Shown in pieces: positions 7,921 through 16,059 of a stretch of 16,059 nucleotides of DNA. Under the pieces are notes generated by a model. The model did not search any database and was not told the origin of the DNA. It was given only the letters and a program-made list of their open reading frames with translations. Source of the DNA: Desulfuromonadales bacterium (GTDB taxonomy: Bacteria; Desulfobacterota; Desulfuromonadia; Desulfuromonadales; SZUA-540); the NCBI GenBank assembly GCA_033549025.1, contig JAWSUS010000038.1, forward strand, positions 1 to 16,059. Direction: 5' to 3'. Numbering within the stretch: position 1 is the stretch's first letter; every line of letters begins with the position of its first letter. The translations under genes were made by a program, and so were the position numbers.

Positions 7921-8730
7921 CTACTTTTCGTAAATGAAGAAAAGAGGTTCTCCGTTCTTGTTGTAGGCAGCGATGGCCTGCTGACCCTGGGGAGAGACCA
8001 GGTAATCCATGAACTTGGTGGCCAGCTCGATTTTGACATGGGGGTGCTTCTTTGGATTGACGGCGATCACCCCGTAGGGATTGAACAGGCGCTCGTCCCC
8101 TGCCACCAGGATTTCCAGATCCGTCTTGCTGCGGTAGGCCACATAGGTGCCCCGATCCGCCAGCGTATATCCCTGCAGCTCCGTGGCCATATTGATGACT
8201 TCGCCCATGCCGAGCCCGGCTTCGACGTAGCCCTTGCCGCCCGGAGCAAGACCGGCCGCCTGCCAGAGTTCGAGTTCCTTGTGATGCGTGCCGGACTTAT
8301 CCCCACGGGAAACAAAGGCGCTATCCGAGGCGGCAATTTTTTTCATTGCGGCAGCGACGTCGCCCATGCCGGCGACACCGGCCGGGTCGGCGGGGGGGCC
8401 GAGCAGAACGAAGTCGTTGTACATCACGTCCCGGCGGTCGATCCCGTGGCCGGCGGCGACGAAGGCTTCTTCGAGGGCACGGGCGTGCACCAGCACCACA
8501 TCGACATCCCCCGCTTCACCCAGCTTGAGGGCTTTGCCGGTGCCGACGGCGATCACGTCAACCTGGCAGTCATTCGCCTGTTCGAAGGGGGGCAACAGGG
8601 CCATCAGCAGACCGGAGTTCTCCGTCGAGGTCGTGGTGGCCAGACGCAAATGTTCCACCGACAAAGCCGGGCCAGCGCCCAGCAGCAAAAAACAGACAAC
8701 AGACAATAGACAGACTTTCCAAATCCTCAT
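7921..8730 (-). CDS. tupA: Tungstate-binding periplasmic protein TupA
   Basis: Signal peptide, then LATTTSTENSGLL (the TupA TTTS motif), GTGKAL, MYNDF, FVSRGDKSGTH and DRGTY. GGAGG RBS at 8735-8739 supports ATG 8730 (MRIWK). Confidence 0.94.
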   Translation of the reverse strand: MRIWKVCLLSVVCFLLLGAGPALSVEHLRLATTTSTENSGLLMALLPPFEQANDCQVDVIAVGTGKALKLGEAGDVDVVLVHARALEEAFVAAGHGIDRRDVMYNDFVLLGPPADPAGVAGMGDVAAAMKKIAASDSAFVSRGDKSGTHHKELELWQAAGLAPGGKGYVEAGLGMGEVINMATELQGYTLADRGTYVAYRSKTDLEILVAGDERLFNPYGVIAVNPKKHPHVKIELATKFMDYLVSPQGQQAIAAYNKNGEPLFFIYEK

Positions 8731-8764
8731 AAATCCTCCGTGAAGTAATGGGGACTTCCCCCAC

Positions 8765-8797
8765 AAAAAAAGGAGCCTTCCCATTGGAAAAGGCCCC
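8765..8797 (-). terminator. Riboswitch-associated intrinsic terminator (expression platform)
   Basis: Minus strand GGGGCCTTTTCC-AAT-GGGAAGGCTCC-TTTTTTT lies between the aptamer and the tupA RBS. Confidence 0.85.
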
Positions 8798-8828
8798 AGA
8801 CTACCCCACCGGCGGGGTTTACGGATGC

Positions 8829-8920
8829 TCTCCTTTCCAAAAGGGAGGCGCGGCCGTTTCCAGCCGAACCCAGCGACCGGTCGCCCTGGGGTTGCCCCGG
8901 TAGGCGATGCGGTTCGGAGA
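8829..8920 (-). ncRNA. Moco/Tuco (molybdenum/tungsten cofactor) riboswitch aptamer
   Basis: Minus strand reads TCTCC-GAACCGCATCGCCTACCGGG[GCAA]CCCCAGGGCGA-CCGGTCGCTGGGTT-CGGCTG[GAAA]CGGCCG-CGCCTCCCTTTTGGAAA-GGAGA. It has a closing P1 (TCTCC/GGAGA), GNRA-capped stems and the 3' GCCTCCC..TTGGAAAGG signature seen in the E. coli moaA leader. It lies upstream of tupA. Confidence 0.88.
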
Positions 8921-8958
8921 TCAAATTGTGGATGGGCAAAATACCGCCCGATACCTGA

Positions 8959-10395
8959 TTACCCTTTCTGCCCGAGGCGGGCACCAAGCGTATCCGTCTG
9001 CTCAGCAGTATTTCCCGGGACCTGCTTTTCACGCAAGTGGAAATATTCCTGCGGGGTGTTGATGTTGCGAAAAGAGAGTCCCTGCGGATCGAGTTCGGCC
9101 AAGTCTTCCAGCGGCATCCGGACGACCTTCACCTCATCGAAGAAGGATACAATCCGCCGATCACCCCGGACCAGGGTTCTCTCCATGACGGGCAGGCAGC
9201 CCTTGCCATAGACGGCATGCAGGGGTTCGAAGCCTTGGTCCCCCCAGGGGATAACCACGTCGCCCGTCTTTTCGGCCAGGCAGAGACGCCGGATGACCGC
9301 CGGGGAAACAAAGGGCATATCGCAGGCCACCACGAAGATGCGCTCGTGACGGGCATGATGCAGGCCGGAGTGAATGCCGGCCAGGGAACCTTGGGCGCGA
9401 TAGAGGTCGGGAACCTTGCGACAGGGGATATCGGCGTAGAGGTCAGGCGAGTTGGTGACGATAATCACCTCGTCGAAAAGGAGGCTCAGGCGCCGATAGA
9501 TGTGGTCGATAAAGCGGGCCCCATCGATGGGGAGCAGCGACTTGTCACTGCCCATGCGTCGACTTTCACCGCCGGCCAGGATAACCCCGGTAACTCCGGC
9601 AAGGCGCGGTTTCGCATCCGGCAGTCGCAAACGCTCGGCATGGCTAAAAATCTCCATCGTTTCGGCCCGCACATAACCGATGAGGCAAATGCCTGCCTGC
9701 TCGCTCAGGCGCACGGCCATATCGGTGGGTGAGGTACGCGAGGCGATGGCGGCAATACCCAGGCGAGCCGCCTTGGCCACCATCTCGGTGGATACCCGCC
9801 CGGAAGTGACCAGCAATTTACCGGACAGATCGACCCCCTTGAACAGCGCTTCGCCGGCGATACGGTCGAGGGTATTGTGGCGACCGATATCCTCGGCGTA
9901 AAGGAGCATCTTCTGCCCATCCCCCACCGCCGCCGAGTGCATGCCGCCGTGACGCCGGTACCCTTCGGCATGGCGCTGCAGCTCGCGCATGAGGGAAAAA
10001 ACCGATTCAGGCGTGAAGGTCGGTGTGTCGCCATCGTCAGAAAAGGAGGACTTAACGCCCTCGGCGGGAAAATCGAAAGTGATCCCTGTTCCGCAGCCCG
10101 AGGTCAGCACCGGCCGGAGATCGAGGGGGATATCCTGGCGCAACTGCACCCGTGCCGCCCCGAAATCGCTGCAAATGCCCAGGCTGAGAATATCATCGAG
10201 GGTGGCAACCATGCCCTGCAGGCGAAAAAAGCCCGCCACCAGGTAATTGAGTTGATGGGGCGAAGCGATCAGGGTGGCCAGTTCGCGTCCGTTGACCGTC
10301 AGCCGCAGAGGGAATTCCCGCACGACGGCACGCTCGCTGAGGGTCGCCCCTGTTTTATCCACCCGCACGATCTTCCCCTGGTTGTTCTGCTCCAT
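8959..10395 (-). CDS. fdhD: Fused formate dehydrogenase sulfurtransferase FdhD / cofactor guanylyltransferase MobA
   Basis: The N-terminal part has FdhD motifs (REFPLRLTVNG, LTSGCG, GGMHSAA, EDIGRHNTLD, TSGRVSTEMVAK). The C-terminal part from about 9600 has MobA motifs (GVILAGGESRRMGSDK, ACDMPF, EPLHAVY, NINTP). ATG 10395 with GGGAGAG RBS. Confidence 0.93.
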   Translation of the reverse strand: MEQNNQGKIVRVDKTGATLSERAVVREFPLRLTVNGRELATLIASPHQLNYLVAGFFRLQGMVATLDDILSLGICSDFGAARVQLRQDIPLDLRPVLTSGCGTGITFDFPAEGVKSSFSDDGDTPTFTPESVFSLMRELQRHAEGYRRHGGMHSAAVGDGQKMLLYAEDIGRHNTLDRIAGEALFKGVDLSGKLLVTSGRVSTEMVAKAARLGIAAIASRTSPTDMAVRLSEQAGICLIGYVRAETMEIFSHAERLRLPDAKPRLAGVTGVILAGGESRRMGSDKSLLPIDGARFIDHIYRRLSLLFDEVIIVTNSPDLYADIPCRKVPDLYRAQGSLAGIHSGLHHARHERIFVVACDMPFVSPAVIRRLCLAEKTGDVVIPWGDQGFEPLHAVYGKGCLPVMERTLVRGDRRIVSFFDEVKVVRMPLEDLAELDPQGLSFRNINTPQEYFHLREKQVPGNTAEQTDTLGARLGQKG

Positions 10396-10455
10396 GTTCT
10401 CTCCCGCGTCGACCCTTACGGTCGGAGGACGGTTAAAAATCCTTTGACCCTGCAA

Positions 10456-10472
10456 AGCAGAAAACATGCCGA
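10456..10472 (-). promoter_or_regulatory. Possible sigma54 (-24/-12) promoter for fdhD-mobA
   Basis: Minus strand TCGGCATGTTTTCTGCT has exact GG-N10-GC spacing but is an imperfect match to TGGCAC-N5-TTGC. Confidence 0.4.
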
Positions 10473-10513
10473 CCTTCGAAAGTCGTCAAAACGCCCTTTT
10501 CCTCTTCGGGCGA

Positions 10514-10549
10514 CGGGTCAGGCTGACCCACCTGGGTCATTCCGACCCA
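10514..10549. promoter_or_regulatory. Two tandem 17-bp dyad sites (YGGGTC-N5-GACCCA)
   Basis: CGGGTCAGGCTGACCCA (10514-10530) and TGGGTCATTCCGACCCA (10533-10549), with a 19-bp period. Confidence 0.55.
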
Positions 10550-10562
10550 CCCGGTTCGTAGA

Positions 10563-11441
10563 TCAGGCGGTAGAGACGGCCGCGTCAGCCGGGGCGCCAT
10601 CGCGCTTTCCCCTGGTAAATCCTTCCCGCCGAGCCAGCACATCGAGATAAAGGGTGGCCACATCCTCCAGGTCCATGGGCAGGTCAGCACCGGCCTCCCG
10701 GCTGTCGATGACCTTGAGATAGCTGTCGCACTGCCGACAGATATGGACGCGGTATCCCTTTTCAGGGCCGGCGGTGAAGTATTCCAGGGTCTTGCCGTCG
10801 ACGTTGCCGCAGGTGGCGCAGGCGTGCCGGAGACTGGCCCAGGATTCGCCGCAGGTGCCACAATGCAGCACCATGCGGCCCTCGTCCCCGACCAGCTCGC
10901 CCATGGTCGGCGCCCCACCGCACAAAGGGCAAAAGCGCTTATTCCAGTCCGACGAATCGACTCGCAGGCCTCTTTCCCGGGCCAACTGCAGGGCCAGGGA
11001 AAGAGCCATCCCCCCCACATATTCGACCATTGCCGGATCGACCTGGAGCGACTCGGCCTCCCCCGTGATCTGCAAGCGGTCGCGTTCGAGGCTGGCCCGC
11101 AGCAGGGTGACGACATCGACAGCCGCCGTCGCAATCCCCTTGGCCATGCGGTCCAGATCCTCCCCCCCCTGCTGGCCGTGCTGCTTCAGGATGTCGATCA
11201 GGTCAAGCATGAAGCCGCTGGCGCCGGCGGCATCCACCTGCAGATTGTCACCTCGCAGCAAGGGCCGGTCTCCCGGGCTGGATGGAGCCATCGCCGCCTC
11301 GTCTTCGACCTGCAGGTAATCGGGAACACGCGTCTCCATTAGGGCATAGATATCGCCGTAAAGATTGAAAACCTCTGAAAAGTCAGGATATTTGCCGCGA
11401 AGTTCACGCAGGCGCTGCTGCCGTTTGGCCACAAAATTCAA
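10563..11441 (-). CDS. fdhE: Formate dehydrogenase maturation protein FdhE
   Basis: Four C-terminal CxxC pairs (CPLCG, CGTC..W, CATCG, CRQCDSYLK) plus DVATLYLD. Likely TTG start at 11441 after GGAGGT; the ORF-track start at 11582 overlaps fdnI. Confidence 0.88.
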   Translation of the reverse strand: MNFVAKRQQRLRELRGKYPDFSEVFNLYGDIYALMETRVPDYLQVEDEAAMAPSSPGDRPLLRGDNLQVDAAGASGFMLDLIDILKQHGQQGGEDLDRMAKGIATAAVDVVTLLRASLERDRLQITGEAESLQVDPAMVEYVGGMALSLALQLARERGLRVDSSDWNKRFCPLCGGAPTMGELVGDEGRMVLHCGTCGESWASLRHACATCGNVDGKTLEYFTAGPEKGYRVHICRQCDSYLKVIDSREAGADLPMDLEDVATLYLDVLARREGFTRGKRDGAPADAAVSTA

Positions 11442-11499
11442 AACATACCTCCAGCCTTCCCTGCTCGGCCCAAAGACGGCGAACGGGGCGAGGATTTTA

Positions 11500-12111
11500 T
11501 CAGTCCTTGACTTCTTTGCGATACCACTTGATGGCGTGCATTTTGGCCCACTTGCGGCTGACATAGCCATAGAGCATGCCACTGAGCGTACCGGGATTGC
11601 CGATGGTCGCCAGGTAGATATGCACGATCACCCCCATGATGAAAAGGGTAAAAAACAGGCTGTGCAAGAGCAGTGACCAGCGGGTCAGTTCACGCCCCAG
11701 GGCAGCCGGATCCCACATAATGAGACCGGTGACTCCCATGACCAGCGTCGCCGCCAGGGCGAAGATACCGAAGAGCTTTTGCCCGCAGTTGAACTTGCCC
11801 TGGGGAATTTCTTCCCCCCCTTTGGAGAGGTAGCCGCCAAACTGCTTGATCCACTGCAGGTCATCCTTGTCGAAGGTAAAGAGCTCCTTCACATGACTCA
11901 GCGCCAGCAGAATGGAGGCGGTAAAAAAGACCACACCGGTCCATTTATGAAAGAGGATGGCCTGCTGGGGGCCGCCGAAGAAACTGAAATAGCCGAAAAA
12001 GGTGCGCGCGTAAAGTCCGAGACCGGTCAGAAGCATGGTGAAAAAGGCCACCACGACAGTCCAGTGCAGCACTCGCTCCACCACATTGAATCGTTCAATC
12101 GTGTTACTCAT
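11500..12111 (-). CDS. fdnI: Formate dehydrogenase gamma subunit (di-heme cytochrome b)
   Basis: Four TM helices with His ligands (ERVLHW, LFHKWTG, LLHSL, IVHIYL) plus GKFNCGQK and WAKMHAIKW. ATG 12111 sits 2 nt after the fdnH stop. Confidence 0.92.
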   Translation of the reverse strand: MSNTIERFNVVERVLHWTVVVAFFTMLLTGLGLYARTFFGYFSFFGGPQQAILFHKWTGVVFFTASILLALSHVKELFTFDKDDLQWIKQFGGYLSKGGEEIPQGKFNCGQKLFGIFALAATLVMGVTGLIMWDPAALGRELTRWSLLLHSLFFTLFIMGVIVHIYLATIGNPGTLSGMLYGYVSRKWAKMHAIKWYRKEVKD

Positions 12112-12113
12112 GA

Positions 12114-12887
12114 TCAGGCCCCTTTCTCCGGTGTGTCGTGCTCGGTGATCTCTTCGGGGTTTTTCGGTCCAATGGTCACATAATGCAACAGGGCGGCACC
12201 CATGGCTCCCCAGAAGCCGAGAATGCCCAAGGGCTTGACGACATCTTTCCACAGAAAGATGGAGGCCGGGATGGCCGGCTTGGCCGGCAGACTGTAGACC
12301 TCGGGAGCGTCATCGAGAATATAGACGGCGCCCAGGCCTTTGAGATCATTCTCGCCGTAGATTTTTTTGCCGGCGGCCTTGGCCTCGGCCACGAGGGCCT
12401 CGCGATCGCCGAAACGCAGAGTCTGGGTCGGGCAGGCCTTGACGCAGGCCGGCTGCAGGCCGTTGGCGACCCGATCGGCACAGCCGTGGCACTTGGCCAC
12501 CTTTTTACGGGCATCGTAACGGGGCACATCGAAGGGACAGCCGTTGACGCAGTAGTGGCACTCGATGCACTTGTCCTGATTGAACGCCACCAGGCCCTCC
12601 GGCGTATGATAGAGGGCGCCGGCCGAGGGGCAAACCTTGACACAGCCGGCATCGCGGCAGTGCATGCAGCGCTTGTTCAAAAAGAGCCAGCGCATGCTCT
12701 CCCCCTGATCCTGCTCAATAAAGCGGATCTGGTTGTAGAGTTGGGGGGTGAGCTGCGGCGGGTTTTCGTAACTGCCGCGGTTCACCGTGGCTTCGGGTTC
12801 CAGCTTGTTCCACTGCTTGCAGGCCACCTGGCAGCTGCGGCAAGCGATACAGCGGCTCATGTCGATCAGAAATGCTTTGCGCGCCAT
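12114..12887 (-). CDS. fdnH: Formate dehydrogenase beta (4x[4Fe-4S]) subunit with C-terminal membrane anchor
   Basis: Cys clusters CIACRSCQVAC, CMHCRDAGCVKVCP, CIECHYCVNGCP and CHGC...PACVKACP. Hydrophobic tail WKDVVKPLGILGFWGAMGAALLHY. Confidence 0.94.
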   Translation of the reverse strand: MARKAFLIDMSRCIACRSCQVACKQWNKLEPEATVNRGSYENPPQLTPQLYNQIRFIEQDQGESMRWLFLNKRCMHCRDAGCVKVCPSAGALYHTPEGLVAFNQDKCIECHYCVNGCPFDVPRYDARKKVAKCHGCADRVANGLQPACVKACPTQTLRFGDREALVAEAKAAGKKIYGENDLKGLGAVYILDDAPEVYSLPAKPAIPASIFLWKDVVKPLGILGFWGAMGAALLHYVTIGPKNPEEITEHDTPEKGA

Positions 12888-12893
12888 CGCTCA

Positions 12894-15800
12894 TCACCCC
12901 CTTTTCTTTTCGATGTTGACCATAAAGGCCTTGGTTTCCGGAATCATGGTGTTGGCGTCCCCGACCGTCGGCGTGAGCAGATTGGCGCTGTCGCCAGCCT
13001 TGGGCGTATGCCAGCCGTAATGATAGGGCATGCCGACCTGATGAACGGTCTTGTTCTGCACCTTGAAGGGGCGGAAACGCCGAGTAACGACAGCCACCGC
13101 CTCCACCTGGCCACGCCCGGAAGAAACCAGACACCAGTCGCCGTTCTTGATCCCCTTTTCCCCCGCCAGTTCAGGGCTGAGTTCAACAAAATTGGAGGGC
13201 TGCAGTTCGAGCAACCAGGGGGTGTTGCGGGTCATGACCCCCGTCTGCCAGTGTTCGGTTACCCGGTAGGTGGTGGCGACATAGGGGAAGCGGGAATCGT
13301 TGTTAAAGTGAGCGTCCACTTCCTTACCCTGCCCCTCGGCGGAAAAGAGCCGGGTAGCCGGGTTGACGCGCACACCATGCAGCGGGTTGCTATCGAGCGG
13401 ACTCTCCAGCGCCTCGTAATGCTCCGGGAAGGGGCCTTCATTGAGATTGGGCGCGTACAGGCTGGCCACACCATCGGCATTCATGATGAAAGGCTTCATG
13501 CCGCTGGCATCGACAAGCGGTTTCCAGCCGCCGTCAGGAACATCGCCAGCCCAACCCGACCCGGTCCACCAGATAACCGGCCGCTTGGGATCCCAGGGGT
13601 TGCCGTTAAGATCCACCGAGGCCCGGTTGTAAATGACCCGCCGGTTAAGGGGCCAGGCCCAGGCCCACTCAGAATAGAGACCGATGCCGCTGGGATCCTT
13701 CTGGCCGCGACGGGCCATCATGTTCCCCTTGTCGGCATAGCTGTGACAGTACAGCCAGTTACCCGAACTGGTCGAGCCGTCGGCCTGCAGCAGGGCGAAA
13801 GACGGCACCGGATCGCCTTTTTTGTAGAGCTTGCCGCCGATTTCCCGATCCTCCAGGAAATAGCCGTTGATTTCCCGGGCCACCCGATGGACATCGATGT
13901 GTGGCAAAGAACCGTCCGGCATCTTGAAGCCGTAGTCCCAGGAGAGTTTGAGGATCGGATCGGGGAACGCCCCCCCTTCCGTTTCATAGAGTCGGCGGAT
14001 CTGGAACTGCAGGTCATTGATGATATCGAGATCCGGTCGCGAGTGCCCTAGAGGTTTGGCCGCCGCATAACGCCACTGCGCCCAGCGCCCCGAGTTGGTG
14101 ATGCTGCCTTCCTTCTCGTAGGAAACAGCCGCCGGCAGGAAGAAGACTTCCGTATCCACCTCGGCAGGGTCGACTCCCGGCCCCTTCCAGAAGGAGGCCG
14201 TCTCGTTATCGAAGAGGTTGACCGTGACCATCCAGTCGAGGCGGCTCAGGGCCTTGCGCACCTTGGTCGAATTGCTGCCCGAACAGGCCGGATTCTGTCC
14301 CCAGGCGAAAAAGCCCTTGATTCCCCCCTCGTACATGCGATCGAAGAGCATCAGCCAGGAGCCGTTCTGACCATCGTCCAGTTTGGGCAACAGATCATAG
14401 CCGAAGCCCTGCTCGGCGGTCAGCGCGGGATCATAGGTGGCGCGCAGCAGTGAAGTAATGTACTTGCCCCGGTTGCCCCACCAGTTGGCGCTTTGCCGGT
14501 CGTTGGTGCGGGGGGTGTGGCGCTCGATATAGCTGGCCAGATCCGGCAGGCTGGCCCCGGGAGTGGGCAGGTAGCCGGGCAGGATATGGAAAAGCAGGCC
14601 GTAATCCGTGGACCCCTGCACGTTCGACTCCCCCCGCAGGGCGTTGACGCCGCCGCCGGCCAGACCAATATTGCCCAGCAACAGCTGGATCATGGCCATG
14701 GCCCGAATGTTCTGGGTCCCGACCGTATGCTGCGTCCAGCCCATGGCGTACATGATGGTGGCCACCTTGTCGCGTTTGCCGGTAGAGGCGTAGGCCTTGT
14801 AAACCGCCAGCAACTGCTCTTGGGGGGTGCCGGTGATATCGGACACAACCTCCGGGGTGTAGCGGCTGTAGTGTTTCTTCAGCAACTGGAAAACACAGTG
14901 GGGATCCTGCAGACTCGGATCGCTCTTCGGGGTCCCGTCGGCGTTGCGCTGAAAGCTCCAGCTCGACTTGTCATAGCTGCGCTTGTCCGGGTTGTAGCCG
15001 GAGAAGAGCCCGTCCAATTCGCCCGGCATTTTGAAATTCTCGTTCACCAGGAAGGAGGCGTTGGTGTAATGGCGCACGTACTCCTCGAAATAGAGGTTGT
15101 TTTCGAGGATGTAGTGGATCATGCCGCCCAGGAAGGGGATATCGGTACCCGAGCGCAGCGGCGCATAGATATCCGCCTTGGAGGATGAACGGGTGAAGCG
15201 TGGATCGACGCTGATAACAGTGGCGCCGCGATCCTTGGCCTCAAGAACATATTTGAAGGAAACCGGATGGTTTTCGGCCGGATTGGCGCCCATCATGAGC
15301 ACCACATCCGCATTGCGGATATCGATCCAGTGATTGGTCATGGCCCCGCGACCGAAGGTGGCTGCCAGACTGGCAACCGTGGCGGAGTGTCATATTCGGG
15401 CCTGATGTTCGAGATAGACGACGCCGAGCCCCCGCAAAAACTTCTGATAGAGGTAGCATTCCTCGTTGTCGAGGGCGGCGCTGCCCACCGAGGCGATGGC
15501 GTCGGTGCGGTTGACCCGCTGCCCCTTGGCATTGACCTCCATGAAACTGGCATCGCGGGTATCTTTGACCCGACGGGCGATCTGCTCCAGCGCCCAGTCC
15601 CAGGAAACCTGGCGCCACTCGCGCTCTCCCTTGCCGCGATAGAGAGGCTCGGTGACACGGGCCTTGTTGTCGCGCAACTGATAGACAGAGGAGCCTTTGG
15701 GGCAGAGCGTGCCCCGGTTGATCGGATGATCGGGGTCGCCCTCGGCATTGATGACCTCATTGCCGCGGGAATGGACCAGAATGCCACAGCCGACAGAACA

Positions 15801-15947
15801 ATAGGGACAGACCGTGGTCGTCTCCCGCGCATACTGAATAGCCAGCGGCTGGGCGTAGGCTTCGGCCGGCTTCAGGCCTATCCCCAGCATGGACGCGCCG
15901 ACTGTTCCTCCCGACACTTTGAGAAAGCCGCGTCTGGTGAGATTCAT
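12894..15947 (-). CDS. fdnG: Formate dehydrogenase alpha subunit, selenocysteine-containing (1017 aa, Sec186), Tat-exported
   Basis: ORFs 15390..15947 and 12894..15341 are in the same frame and joined through TGA 15390-15392, giving HQARI-U-HSATVASLAATFGRGAMTNHW (the FDH active-site motif). Tat signal LTRRGFLK, Fe-S motif CPYCSVGC...CPKG, ALRGESNVQG, and C-terminal PETKAFMV. Confidence 0.96.
15360..15392 (-). promoter_or_regulatory. Selenocysteine codon plus bacterial SECIS element
   Basis: UGA, then 11 nt (CACUCCGCCAC), then hairpin GGUUGCC-AGUCU-GGCAGCC. The spacing and loop GU match the E. coli fdhF SECIS (UGA-N11-GGUUGCAGGUCUGCACC). Confidence 0.9.
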
Positions 15948-16059
15948 CCTCGACTCCTTTCCTCCTTGAATGCTAAGTTCACTTGTTAGATCTGAACGCG
16001 TTGTTTACACTTTTAAGCCATAGAAATGATCCAGCAACTTTTCGTATGGCGTTAGATCG

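Noticed and set aside
6634..8709. 691-aa plus-strand ORF
   Set aside because: It lies antisense to tupCBA with no recognisable motifs. Long shadow ORFs are expected opposite GC-rich genes.
7921..8730. ModA or WtpA assignment for the binding protein
   Set aside because: The TTTS motif and the TupB-type permease fit TupABC; the ModA-type AAASL motif is absent.
8727..9032. 101-aa minus-strand ORF across the riboswitch, and the tupA extension to 8784
   Set aside because: These overlap the aptamer and terminator. The RBS-supported tupA start is 8730.
10514..10549. CRISPR-like or REP array
   Set aside because: Only two 17-bp units separated by 2 bp, with no spacers, no cas genes and no other copies in the window.
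12138..14051. 637-aa plus-strand ORF
   Set aside because: Antisense shadow of fdnH/fdnG with no domain signature.
15390..15392. Premature stop or pseudogene interpretation of fdnG
   Set aside because: The TGA is at the conserved Sec/Cys ligand position, the frame continues, and a SECIS follows at canonical spacing.

Overview
Almost all coding is on the minus strand, and the gene content suggests an anaerobic deltaproteobacterium (Desulfuromonadales/Geobacter-like; this is inference). From the right end, the window holds a selenocysteine-containing, Tat-exported formate dehydrogenase: fdnG (in-frame UGA at 15390-15392 plus a bacterial SECIS), fdnH and fdnI. Maturation genes fdhE and a fused fdhD-mobA follow. 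Next come a Moco/Tuco-class riboswitch with its own terminator, the tungstate ABC transporter tupABC, and pterin-cofactor genes (moeA, moaA, a stand-alone MOSC protein, tatA, moaC, mog/moaB) ending at an intrinsic terminator. After an AT-rich intergenic stretch lie two paralogous exported 12-heme c-type cytochromes built from three 4-heme repeats, then their terminator and the right end of a probable IS3-family element at the left edge. The main points of interest are: the short, P3-reduced riboswitch placed inside the operon; tandem 17-bp dyads with a sigma54-like site before fdhD-mobA; a MOSC gene in a cluster lacking moaD/moaE/moeB; and the dodecaheme pair next to a probable W/Se formate dehydrogenase locus.
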